DNA of 64,000 nucleotides, taken from NCBI GenBank assembly GCA_021162615.1, contig JAGGYH010000100.1:6065-70064 (forward strand). Reading direction: 5' to 3'. The position numbers and the translations under genes are program-made. Numbering within the stretch: the first letter of the stretch is position 1; each line of letters begins with the position of its first letter. The notes beneath the pieces are model-generated. The model was not told where the DNA came from and made no database searches. It worked only from the letters and a program-made list of their open reading frames with translations. Positions 35,536-44,645 of the stretch are shown here, piece after piece. This DNA is from Candidatus Aminicenantes bacterium. Its GTDB lineage: Bacteria > Acidobacteriota > Aminicenantia > Aminicenantales > Aminicenantaceae.

Positions 35536-37800
35536 TTAGAAAGACCTGGAACGGACACTTTTGACCGCCTGAACCATGTGCCTTAAAGAAGGACTTACTT
35601 CTTCCCATTTTCTGGTCTTTAAACCGCAGTCAGGATTAATCCACAGCTGTTCAGCTGGAAGAACACTCATTATTTTTTCGATCTGCTTTATAAACTCATC
35701 CACAGACGGCACTCGAGGGGAATGGATATCATAAACCCCGGGACCGATTTGATTGGAATAACCGGTTTCTGTAAAAACTTTCAGCAGTTCATTACCGCTT
35801 CGCGTGTTTTCAATGGTAATGACATCTGCATCCATGGCCTCAATGGTTTTAATAATATCATTAAATTCGCTGTAGCACATGTGGGTATGGATCTGGGTTT
35901 CTTTTTTTGCTTTAGAAACGGCAAGTTTAAAGTTATCAACAGCCCATTTTTCATATTCAGGTATATTGTATGAGCGCAGAGGATATCCCTCTTTAAAGGC
36001 TGGTTCATCGACCTGAATGACTTTGATGCCCCCTGACTGAAGGTCGTGGATCTCATCTCTTAGAGCAACCGCTATTTGTCTGCAGACCTCTGACCGGTCC
36101 TTGTCATCTCTTACAAACGACCAGTTGACTATGGTTACCGGTCCTGTAAGCATTCCTTTCATGGGTCTGCTGGTTTGGCTCTGAGCATAGGTGATCCATT
36201 TTACTGTCATTGGTTCCGGTCTGCTTATATCTCCATAAATTACCGGTGGTTTCACGCACCTGCTTCCATAACTTTGCACCCAACCGTTGTTTGTAAAATG
36301 GAATCCTTTAAGCATTTCTCCGAAATACTCGACCATATCACTGCGCTCGGGTTCACCATGGACAAGGACATCAAGACCGATTTCCTGTTGAAAGGCCACG
36401 CAATCGTCTATATATTCTTTAATTCCTTTCTCGTATTCGATCCTGGAAACAGCTTTTTTCCTGTAATCTTTTCTTAGCTGCCGGATTTCCTTTGTTTGGG
36501 GGAAACTTCCAATAGTCGTTGTCGGAAGGCAAGGGAGTTTGAGCCTTTTCTTCTGCAGTTCGATCCGTTCGGAAAATGCGCCTTCTCTTTCAACCTTCTG
36601 TATCTTATTGATTCTATTGAGAGTCTTCTCATCTTTTATAAGAGGAGATGTTTTTCTTTCTTTTACCAGGGCACGGTTCTTTTCCAAAGACTTATGATCC
36701 GGACCGGACAGCTCAGACGAACGGAACATTCTGTTAAGAAGCACAATCTCATCGAGCTTTTCATAGGCAAAACTCATCCATTTTTTGATTTTACTTTCTG
36801 GTTCAGTGTCAGTAGTGTAGGGAATGTGCAGAAGAGAACAGCTCGATGATATGATTATCTGTTCTTTGTTCATTTCCTTACTAAGATGTGTGAGTTTATC
36901 CAGAGTATTTTCGAAATCATTGATCCAGATATTCCTTCCGTCCACAACTCCTGCAATAAGCTTTTTATCTTTTATGAACTTCAGAGCTTCCATATTCTTT
37001 GTGCCGTGCACAAAATCCAGGCCTATGCCCCATACAGGAGTGTCACTCAATACCGATGTCGCTTCATTGGAATGCTCGAAGTAAGTCGTTATAATGAGCT
37101 TTACATTTTCCCTCACCTCTGCGAGCTGATCACAGCTTTTTCTGAGAAGCTCGAGCTGTTTTTCATCAGGTCCTTTAACAAATACAGGTTCTTCCATCTG
37201 GACATAAACGACTTTGTTAAGATTCGAAAGCACCGCCATAAGTTCTTTATAAACAGGAATGATTTTATCGTAGTAAGAATAGGGGTCTTTGTCGTCTTGT
37301 GCCTTGGATAGACCGAGAAATGTCACAGGTCCTATAATGTTTATTTTCGGATTTATCCCCAGTTCTTTGGCTTCGTTGTACTCTGAGATAATTTTTGATG
37401 CGTCAAGCCTGAATCGAATGGTGCGGTTGAGTTCCGGAACAAGATAATGGTAGTTCGTATTGAACCATTTTGTCATTTCCATGGCAGCAGCCGAATCACT
37501 GCCTCTTGCCATTGCAAAATATCTCTCTGTTTTGTCGCTGATATCTCTAAATCTTTCGGGGACAGCATTAAGCATTACAGCTGTGTCCAGCATAATGTCA
37601 TAAAGGCTGAAGTCATTACAGCTAATAAAATCAATTCCTTTTTCCTTCTGTACCAGCCATTGTTTTTTTCTTAGATCGGATGATGTTTTTTGCAGCTCTT
37701 CAACAGAGGTTTTTCCTGCCCAATAGTTCTCCAGTGCTTTTTTAAGTTCTCTTTTCTTCCCTATTCTGGGAAATCCGGTGACAGCGGTTTGTTGGCTCAT
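35536..37800 (-). CDS. metE: 5-methyltetrahydropteroyltriglutamate--homocysteine methyltransferase (cobalamin-independent methionine synthase)
   Basis: 754 aa with duplicated Meth_synt domains, N-terminal GFPRIGKKRELKKALE and C-terminal zinc site HMCYSEF. Confidence 0.95.
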   Translation of the reverse strand: MSQQTAVTGFPRIGKKRELKKALENYWAGKTSVEELQKTSSDLRKKQWLVQKEKGIDFISCNDFSLYDIMLDTAVMLNAVPERFRDISDKTERYFAMARGSDSAAAMEMTKWFNTNYHYLVPELNRTIRFRLDASKIISEYNEAKELGINPKINIIGPVTFLGLSKAQDDKDPYSYYDKIIPVYKELMAVLSNLNKVVYVQMEEPVFVKGPDEKQLELLRKSCDQLAEVRENVKLIITTYFEHSNEATSVLSDTPVWGIGLDFVHGTKNMEALKFIKDKKLIAGVVDGRNIWINDFENTLDKLTHLSKEMNKEQIIISSSCSLLHIPYTTDTEPESKIKKWMSFAYEKLDEIVLLNRMFRSSELSGPDHKSLEKNRALVKERKTSPLIKDEKTLNRINKIQKVEREGAFSERIELQKKRLKLPCLPTTTIGSFPQTKEIRQLRKDYRKKAVSRIEYEKGIKEYIDDCVAFQQEIGLDVLVHGEPERSDMVEYFGEMLKGFHFTNNGWVQSYGSRCVKPPVIYGDISRPEPMTVKWITYAQSQTSRPMKGMLTGPVTIVNWSFVRDDKDRSEVCRQIAVALRDEIHDLQSGGIKVIQVDEPAFKEGYPLRSYNIPEYEKWAVDNFKLAVSKAKKETQIHTHMCYSEFNDIIKTIEAMDADVITIENTRSGNELLKVFTETGYSNQIGPGVYDIHSPRVPSVDEFIKQIEKIMSVLPAEQLWINPDCGLKTRKWEEVSPSLRHMVQAVKSVRSRSF

Positions 37801-37927
37801 TTGTGCAATTTTAAACCAATTGAGCGCTTATTTAAAGTCTTATCTTTTTTTTTTTTGTAAACCTCGGGAAAAATATATATGAGCCGCACACAGATTCGTT
37901 TCTTATGGTGTATTCCTGAAATGACTC

Positions 37928-37956
37928 TTGTCTCATTGAGGGGCATCAGGTATAAT
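37928..37956 (+). promoter_or_regulatory. near-consensus promoter (TTGTCT-17-TATAAT) reading into Family-1 copy C and the DUF711 gene
   Basis: TTGTCT 37928-37933, 17-nt spacer, TATAAT 37951-37956. Confidence 0.45.
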
Positions 37957-38005
37957 GAATATCGAGTTTATTTTGAATTTTCGGGCGGGCATGGATTCTT
38001 GTTTT

Positions 38006-38259
38006 ACCTGGATTATTCACAAGTCGAGGTTGCTGCAGATGCGAGGCACAGGGTGCGAAGCTGTGGTCCTTCACCGCGAGTGCCCTGTAACAAAGCAGAT
38101 GCAGTGAGATCGGCTTGCCTGTAAGGTAAAAAAATGGCGATTAAAATGAAAGTAAAAACAAACAAAAATATTTCAGTTGTCATTTTTTTTAAAAGTATGC
38201 ATATCCTTGATATCAAAACAAAAAAAGTAACATCGCCATTTTTTTATGAATAGGTCAGG
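38006..38259 (-). mobile_element. Family-1 element, full copy C (core 38023-38121), reverse orientation
   Basis: ACCTGGATTATTCACAAGTCGAGG ... CGCCATTTTTTTATGAATAGGTCAGGT. Confidence 0.85.
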
Positions 38260-38306
38260 TTTTAAGGACAGATTCCATTTGTAATTTTATATTGAGGGAC
38301 TGAGAC

Positions 38307-39443
38307 ATGAAGATTAGAACAATCACTACAGGCTTCAATCTGGAGGTGCCCCTTTCCGAAAAGCAAATTAAAGAAATTGCTGGTTTTACCAATAGAGTCA
38401 AGGATGAATTTATTCAAAACGGATTTGATGTTCAAACCCTGCGGTTGGCCACTCAGCCATGGGAGGAGTACTTCTCTTCTCCTGCTCAGATGAGGAAGTT
38501 AGTCCCAAATATTGAGAAGCTCTCACTTTCCAGCGGGATTGATTATTTCAATATCGGGACGACGTACAACCCAAAGAACATTCCTCTTATATATGATCTT
38601 ATAAAGTCGACTTCCACTGCATTTTGCACTGTCATGGTTTCTGATGAGAAAAAAGTGGATTATGAGGCCGCTCAAAAAACAGCAGAACTCATAAGGAGAC
38701 TTGCCTTTATAGATAAAGACGGATTTGCCAACTTGAGATTTGCTGCGCTGTTCAATACAAAGCATGGCAGCCCTTTTTTTCCGGCGGCTTATCATAAAGG
38801 ACCTGTTTCTTTTGGGATCGGGACTGAAAACAGTGACCTGGTGAACAGAGCTTTTTCCGAGGCCGGAGACATAAAAAATGCTGGAAGGATAATTCAAAAA
38901 GTGCTTGAAGAGGAGTTTGCAAAGGTAGAAGAGATTGCAGAAAAAATAAGCAGGAAAGAAAACATTCAGTACAACGGCATAGATGTTTCTATTGCGAGTT
39001 CCATTGAAAAGAATGAAAGCACAGCTTATGCTTTTGAGAAACTGGGACTTGGCCGGTTCGGAGAGGTGGGGACCTTGGCTGCGGCTAAATGCGTGACTGA
39101 TTGTCTTGGTAAACTTAATGTAAAGAGATGCGGATATTCAGGGCTTATGCTGCCTGTATTGGAGGATTTTGGCTTGGCGGAGAGAAACATGGAAAAAGCA
39201 TTCAATATTACTCATATCCTGCTTTATTCTTCTGTTTGCGGGACAGGTCTGGACACGATCCCTCTCCCGGGAGATGTGTCAGTCATGAAATTATATGCTC
39301 TTTTACTTGATGTTGCCTCTCTTGCTGTCAAACTGAATAAGCCTTTGTCAGCAAGGTTAATGCCGATTCCAAAGAAAAAAGCAGGTGATATGACATCATT
39401 TTCATTTGATTATTTTGCAAATACTAAAATAATGGAGATATAA
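38307..39443 (+). CDS. DUF711 / UPF0210 family protein
   Basis: MKIRTITTGFNL start typical of UPF0210. 378 aa. Confidence 0.65.
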   Translation: MKIRTITTGFNLEVPLSEKQIKEIAGFTNRVKDEFIQNGFDVQTLRLATQPWEEYFSSPAQMRKLVPNIEKLSLSSGIDYFNIGTTYNPKNIPLIYDLIKSTSTAFCTVMVSDEKKVDYEAAQKTAELIRRLAFIDKDGFANLRFAALFNTKHGSPFFPAAYHKGPVSFGIGTENSDLVNRAFSEAGDIKNAGRIIQKVLEEEFAKVEEIAEKISRKENIQYNGIDVSIASSIEKNESTAYAFEKLGLGRFGEVGTLAAAKCVTDCLGKLNVKRCGYSGLMLPVLEDFGLAERNMEKAFNITHILLYSSVCGTGLDTIPLPGDVSVMKLYALLLDVASLAVKLNKPLSARLMPIPKKKAGDMTSFSFDYFANTKIMEI

Positions 39444-39463
39444 AGAGTAAGGGGGGAGTTAAG

Positions 39464-40492
39464 ATGGCAAGAGAAAATGAATACAAAATCTTGGATGAAT
39501 ATTTGGAGCTTTCACTGTTTGCTGATAAGGAACTTGGCCTGGCAGCGGCAAATAAGATAGATGAAGCTATGGATCAGGTCATGGAGAAAATCGGGGAAAT
39601 GCTTTTTCCGGTCCATTGGTCGTTAATCCTTAATGATGTAAGAAGAGATGTGCTTTTCTTCAAAAAATCCAGAGGCAGAGGTGCGGAAGATTTAGAAGGG
39701 AAGGATGTTCCAAAGCGGAAAGGACTGGCAAACTGGATTTTTAAAAGTGGAAAGTCTCAGGTTGTAAAAGATGTCAGCAAGGAATCAAAGTTTCACAATT
39801 ACATTGAAAAGCTGATCGGATTCAAAGCACAGACTGTATTGGGCGTGCCTCTCAAAGTGAATGATAATGTTATCGGAGTCATTGAATTGATCAATAAGAC
39901 CGATAAACAGAAATATACTGAGAATGACTTAAAGATACTGGAGACAATAACAGAGTACGCTGTTTTGGCTATTGAGAAGTTATATTATTTAGGTGCCATA
40001 GAAAATATGGCAAGGGTCGAACCTTTGACCGGGCTGTTGAATCCCAAGCATTTTATCAAGGTCATAGAGAGAGAAGCAGATAGGTGTAAGCGTTATGGGC
40101 GTCCTTTGACTGTAATGATTATCGTCATTGAGAATCTAAAAGACATCAACAAGGAGCATGGGGCTGAAATCGGAGATAAAGTGCTTAAAAACATAGCTGA
40201 TGTGTTGAATACAAATATAAGAAAAATTGACAGTGTGTCCAGGTATGAAGGGAATAAATTCATGGTTCTTATGCCGAATACAAAAAAACATGAAGCTGAG
40301 AATGTCAGGCAGAGGGTCAAAAAAGTGGCTGGAGAAAAAATGAAAATAAAGAAGAAGAAAGAAGTCAGCTATACCTTAAATATTGATTTGAGATCGCTTG
40401 GCCCTGAAAATGTTTCGGAGATTATGGATATGCTGTCAGAAAGCTTTCATGTAACTGAGAAAAAAGAAGAAACGTCACCTAAAAAAGAATGA
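39464..40492 (+). CDS. GAF domain protein with a degenerate GGDEF domain
   Basis: GAF-like region (VLGVPLKVNDNVIGVIELINK). The GGDEF fold has its active site replaced by YEGNKF. K/E-rich tail. Confidence 0.75.
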   Translation: MARENEYKILDEYLELSLFADKELGLAAANKIDEAMDQVMEKIGEMLFPVHWSLILNDVRRDVLFFKKSRGRGAEDLEGKDVPKRKGLANWIFKSGKSQVVKDVSKESKFHNYIEKLIGFKAQTVLGVPLKVNDNVIGVIELINKTDKQKYTENDLKILETITEYAVLAIEKLYYLGAIENMARVEPLTGLLNPKHFIKVIEREADRCKRYGRPLTVMIIVIENLKDINKEHGAEIGDKVLKNIADVLNTNIRKIDSVSRYEGNKFMVLMPNTKKHEAENVRQRVKKVAGEKMKIKKKKEVSYTLNIDLRSLGPENVSEIMDMLSESFHVTEKKEETSPKKE

Positions 40493-40528
40493 AACTCAAA
40501 TAGACGGGCTGTTTTTTCGTACCAGCCG

Positions 40529-42466
40529 TCACATTCTCTCAGGTTGAGGGATTCCCATCAAATCCAGAGCTTTTTTTATGATTTTATATATGTAAGAGAT
40601 GGTGAGGATCCTTGCATTTCTCAGGAGCTCGTTTTCTTCCTGGATAATAGAGTATTTATGGTAGTAAGCATTGAATTTCTGGCAGAGGTTGAACGTGAAT
40701 TTAGCCAGGTGCAGGAATTCAAGAGTATCGATGGAATGAAGTACTTCTTCATCCAGTTTAGAGGCATAGAGAACAAGTTCCCAGAAGTCGTCAAGTTCTT
40801 CATCGGGCATGCTGTCAAGGGATAATTTTTGAGCTGATATTTTGGATATTATCTCTTCTTTTGTTATGTTTTTCGTGTTCTTGAGCTTGCTGAATATACT
40901 GTTTATCCGGACCAAAGTGTACTGCAGGTAAGGACCTGTTTCCCCCTCAAAGCTAAGCACATCTTCAAAATCAAAAATGATAAGAGAATTTCTCGCGAAT
41001 TTCAGCATAAAATATCTCAGCGCCCCGCAGGCAATGTTTTTTGCTGTCTCGGATTTCTTTTTGTCAGACCATTCCGGATTTCTTTTATTGACTTCATTGA
41101 AGGCTTTTTGGTTGAGCCTGTCTATGAGGTCATCTGCTTTGATTCCAAGTCCTTTTCTTCCAGAGACTTCAAGAAAACCTTTATTTTTTTCATCTTCTGT
41201 GACTTTATACCCCAGTTCTTTCAAACTGTTTGAGGAAAGGGCCACCATTTCATATGAAAAATGGATAGATTTTTCTGCCTGCCTTAAAAATTTTAAGGAT
41301 TTCAGCCCCTGAGCCACGACTTTTTGAGGATAAGACTGGCGGATGTCTATGACGTTATAGACACTGCTGGCATTTCCGAAATCAACTGTATGAGAAGTTT
41401 TTACAGAAGAGGTGATCCATACGGTTTTATTGTTTTGCTTGATAAAGGGGATGAAGAAAAAATCTTTTTGAAGCAGGCCGAATTTCCAGAGCTGGTATGC
41501 GATGTCTTTCCCCACATAGGTAACGGTTCCGTTTGAGCGGACCAGTATTTTTTCCTGATCCGTTTTCCCCTTGAGCTTCATGACCCAGCATCCCTTATGT
41601 TTTCCCTTGTCAACAAAATAAGCGGCTTTTTTTGCCTTCAGAAGATTGAAAGCGCTTTCCCAGAATTTAAGTTTGATGATGTCGCTTTCACAGACCTGAA
41701 GGTCATAGGTGATCCCAAGCCTTTGCATGGTACGAAGGTGGTCTTTAAGTATCCGTCTTGAAATGTAAAGGGCGATATCACTTTCAGGATGTTTCCCATC
41801 CTCTATGTTTTTTAATATTTCTGATTTTCTTTCTTCAGCCTCAGGATTATTTTGAAGAAACTGGGTTGTTTTTGTGTACAAGTCCCAGCAGTAGTAGTCG
41901 AATTTTCCTTTTATTTTTTTTATTTCTTCCAAGGTCTTTTTTTCGACTTCTAAAAAACCAAACACTACGTCAGCGACCTGGACTCCTGTGTCATCGATAT
42001 AGTTCTGGATTTCGACTTTTTCTCCCTTGTATTTCTGGCAGCGTGCCAGTGTGTCCCCGAGACATGAATTTCTCAGATGACCGATATGGGCTGCTTTATT
42101 GGGATTTATGGATGTGTGTTCGACAATGACTTTTGATTCATCGGCAGAGAGAGACGACTCATCAGCAGTCTTAAGCCTTTTTAAAAAATAGGCTTTCCGG
42201 TTTATGAAGAGATTTATATAACCCCCTCCAGCCACATCAACTCTTTTTATGATATTCAGGGATGAAAGGAGGGGAGATGTTTCTTCCGCAATTATTCGGG
42301 GATTTTTTTTCAGTTTCTTTGCCAGCCTGAACGGAAATGAAAGAGCAAGGTCGCCCATTTTTATGTCCGGAGTGTAAGATAATTCCAGTTCATCTATTTG
42401 GATGGGATATTTTTGCTTAAGTATCCGGTATATGCTTTTTTTTAATTCTGTCTTTAATGCGATCAT
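40529..42466 (-). CDS. argS: arginine--tRNA ligase
   Basis: HIGH-type NPNKAAHIGHLRN, DALR anticodon-binding C-terminus, ~645 aa. ATG 42466 (MIALKTELKK) is preferred over the TTG at 42541. Confidence 0.9.
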   Translation of the reverse strand: MIALKTELKKSIYRILKQKYPIQIDELELSYTPDIKMGDLALSFPFRLAKKLKKNPRIIAEETSPLLSSLNIIKRVDVAGGGYINLFINRKAYFLKRLKTADESSLSADESKVIVEHTSINPNKAAHIGHLRNSCLGDTLARCQKYKGEKVEIQNYIDDTGVQVADVVFGFLEVEKKTLEEIKKIKGKFDYYCWDLYTKTTQFLQNNPEAEERKSEILKNIEDGKHPESDIALYISRRILKDHLRTMQRLGITYDLQVCESDIIKLKFWESAFNLLKAKKAAYFVDKGKHKGCWVMKLKGKTDQEKILVRSNGTVTYVGKDIAYQLWKFGLLQKDFFFIPFIKQNNKTVWITSSVKTSHTVDFGNASSVYNVIDIRQSYPQKVVAQGLKSLKFLRQAEKSIHFSYEMVALSSNSLKELGYKVTEDEKNKGFLEVSGRKGLGIKADDLIDRLNQKAFNEVNKRNPEWSDKKKSETAKNIACGALRYFMLKFARNSLIIFDFEDVLSFEGETGPYLQYTLVRINSIFSKLKNTKNITKEEIISKISAQKLSLDSMPDEELDDFWELVLYASKLDEEVLHSIDTLEFLHLAKFTFNLCQKFNAYYHKYSIIQEENELLRNARILTISYIYKIIKKALDLMGIPQPERM

Positions 42467-42666
42467 TGTTCTTTTTTTTCGCATCATTATAACACATATC
42501 CGGATTAATTCACGAGCTAATGTCAGATCTTGTGCTCTCAACTTTCGTCATGCAAGCTGGTCCTTCAGCCCGCTGATTTTCACCGTCGAGTAAAAGCAGC
42601 CGAGAGATAGCAAATTTTCTTGCATAACCCTGTGTTATATGGTAGTTAATAATTTCATATTAATCA

Positions 42667-42927
42667 TTAACCTTGATTATTCACAAGTCGAGGTTGCTGC
42701 AGATGCGAGGCACAGGGTGCGAAGCTGTGGTCCTTCACCGCGAGTACCCTGTAACGAAGCAGATGCAGTGAGATCGGCTTGCCTGAAAGGTAAAAAAATG
42801 GCGATTAAAATGAAAGTGAAAACAGGCAAAGATATTTCAGTTGTCATTTTTGTAAAAAGTATGCATATCCTTGAAATCAAAACAAAAAATTGCTCATCGC
42901 CATTTTTTTATGAATAGGTCAGGTTAA
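42667..42927 (-). mobile_element. Family-1 element, full copy D (core 42687-42785), reverse orientation
   Basis: TTAACCTTGATTATTCACAAGTCGAGG ... CGCCATTTTTTTATGAATAGGTCAGGTTAA, flanked by TTAA on both sides. Confidence 0.85.
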
Positions 42928-42989
42928 TAAGATAAGGTTAAGCTACATGATAGGAAGAGAATCCAATTCAATAAAGAAAGAGGATAAAT

Positions 42990-44081
42990 ATGAAAAAAAC
43001 AAGGCTTTATAAGAATCATAAGGATATGGGAGCAAAAATGGTCGAGTTTTTCGGTTGGGAAATGCCTGTGGAGTATTCAGGCATTAGGGAGGAACACCTT
43101 GCCGTTAGGGAACAGGCCGGCCTGTTCGATGTGAGCCATATGGGAGAGATCATTGTTTCCGGACCCCAAGCCCTTGATTATGTTCAATTTTTAACTCCCA
43201 ACGATGCCTCCCGGCTGGATACTCAAAAAGCACAGTATTCAGCACTGACCACCCCGAAAGGGACTTTTGTTGATGATATGCTGGTCTATAAACTTGAGGA
43301 TACAGAATATCTGCTGGTTGTCAACGCAGCAAATACGGATAAAGACTATGAGTGGGTCCTGAGCCATAAAAGCGGTTTTAATGTGGAAGTGGAAAATGTG
43401 AGTGATCAGTACACACAGCTTGCTTTACAGGGACCAAAGGCTCTAGACATTCTGAAATCCCTTACAGACATCGAACTGGAGGATATGAAGCCGTTTCGAG
43501 TCAGACGGGGCCGAGTGTGCGGGGAGGACTCCCTTGTTTCCCGCACCGGATATACGGGAGAGGACGGATTTGAGATCTATACTCTTTCGCCGAGACCGGA
43601 GAAGATATGGGAATCCATATTTGAGAAGGGGAAAAAATTCGGGGTAAAGCCTATCGGATTGGGTGCAAGAGATACTCTTCGCCTGGAAGCGTGTCTTATG
43701 CTCTACGGTAATGATATAGATGATACCACGACTGTCCTCGAGGCGGGATTGGGATGGCTTATCAAATTCAAAAAAGGAGATTTTATGGGAAGGGATCGCC
43801 TTCTCAGTCAGAAAGAGGAAGGAGTAAAGAGAAGAATCGCAGGGTTCGAGATGCTGGGAAGAGGAATTGCCAGGCATGGCTATCCAGTTTTCATTGGAGA
43901 GAAAGAGGTTTCAAAAGTAACATCAGGTACTTTTTCCCCTTATTTAAAAAAAAGCATAGGCCTGACCTATCTTCCTATCCAATATTTGGGACCAGGGACT
44001 CAGATCGCCATTGGAATCAGGGATAAGAAGGTGGAAGCCGAAATAGTCAAAATACCCTTTTATTCCAGGAAAAAGGAATAA
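42990..44081 (+). CDS. gcvT: glycine cleavage system aminomethyltransferase T
   Basis: 363 aa with FDVSHMGE and SRTGYTGEDGFEI motifs. Confidence 0.95.
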   Translation: MKKTRLYKNHKDMGAKMVEFFGWEMPVEYSGIREEHLAVREQAGLFDVSHMGEIIVSGPQALDYVQFLTPNDASRLDTQKAQYSALTTPKGTFVDDMLVYKLEDTEYLLVVNAANTDKDYEWVLSHKSGFNVEVENVSDQYTQLALQGPKALDILKSLTDIELEDMKPFRVRRGRVCGEDSLVSRTGYTGEDGFEIYTLSPRPEKIWESIFEKGKKFGVKPIGLGARDTLRLEACLMLYGNDIDDTTTVLEAGLGWLIKFKKGDFMGRDRLLSQKEEGVKRRIAGFEMLGRGIARHGYPVFIGEKEVSKVTSGTFSPYLKKSIGLTYLPIQYLGPGTQIAIGIRDKKVEAEIVKIPFYSRKKE

Positions 44082-44129
44082 TCCGGCTTATTCACAAGCC
44101 GCCGTTTTTTTATGGATAGGTCAGGATAA
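44079..44129 (-). mobile_element. Family-1 element, ~50-bp empty mini copy abutting the gcvT stop
   Basis: TAATCCGGCTTATTCACAAGCCG + CCGTTTTTTTATGGATAGGTCAGGATAA is just the two termini back to back. Confidence 0.6.
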
Positions 44130-44231
44130 TCAGTGAAATGCAAAAAAACGGGTTTTACGTTAAACTTTAAACAATTTAAGTTATAATAAATAAAAGTAAT
44201 GATAAATATACCTTAAGAAAAGGAGGTTATA

Positions 44232-44624
44232 ATGTATCCGGAAGATTTTCGTTACACGAAAGACCATGAATGGGTTAAGATCGAAGGAGACACAGCAAGC
44301 GTTGGTATTACGGATTTTGCCCAGAGCCAGTTGGGTGATGTGGTGTTTGTTGAACTTCCTGAGATCGGAGAGGAACTAAAGTCTCATCAAACCCTGGGAG
44401 TGGTGGAATCCGTAAAAGCTGTCTCTGATATTTATTCTCCCATATCCGGGGAAGTGACAGAGGTGAATGAAGGATTGAACGATGTCCCTGAAATTTTAAA
44501 TCAGGACCCTCATTCAAAAGGCTGGATCATAAAACTCAAAATAAAGGATAAATCAGAACTGGATGAACTTATGTCTGCTTCCGAATATGAAAAATATTTG
44601 GAAGGGCTCAAAGATGAGGAATAA
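44232..44624 (+). CDS. gcvH: glycine cleavage system protein H
   Basis: Lipoyl-lysine motif VESVKAVSD. 130 aa. Confidence 0.95.
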   Translation: MYPEDFRYTKDHEWVKIEGDTASVGITDFAQSQLGDVVFVELPEIGEELKSHQTLGVVESVKAVSDIYSPISGEVTEVNEGLNDVPEILNQDPHSKGWIIKLKIKDKSELDELMSASEYEKYLEGLKDEE

Positions 44625-44645
44625 ATTTTAAAGAAAGAACAAAAA

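Noticed and set aside
37801-38005. Expected SAM or cobalamin riboswitch in the metE leader.
   Set aside because: Reading the minus strand, I see no SAM-I core strings, no B12 box and no convincing multi-stem junction. I cannot exclude a minor riboswitch class without a covariance-model scan.
42687-42785. The core could be a fragment of a group II intron, retron msr/msd, tracrRNA or IS200/605-type omega RNA.
   Set aside because: There is no reverse transcriptase, Cas, TnpB/IscB or any transposase gene in the window. No domain V-like GAGC..GAAA..GUUC hairpin is present. The host elements have terminal inverted repeats, unlike IS200/605 ends. A trans-encoded partner elsewhere in the genome cannot be excluded.
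42928-42989. Expected glycine riboswitch upstream of gcvT.
   Set aside because: The 60-nt spacer after the element is too short and lacks the conserved GGAGAG...CACCG-type glycine aptamer strings. None is visible upstream of gcvH (44130-44231) either.
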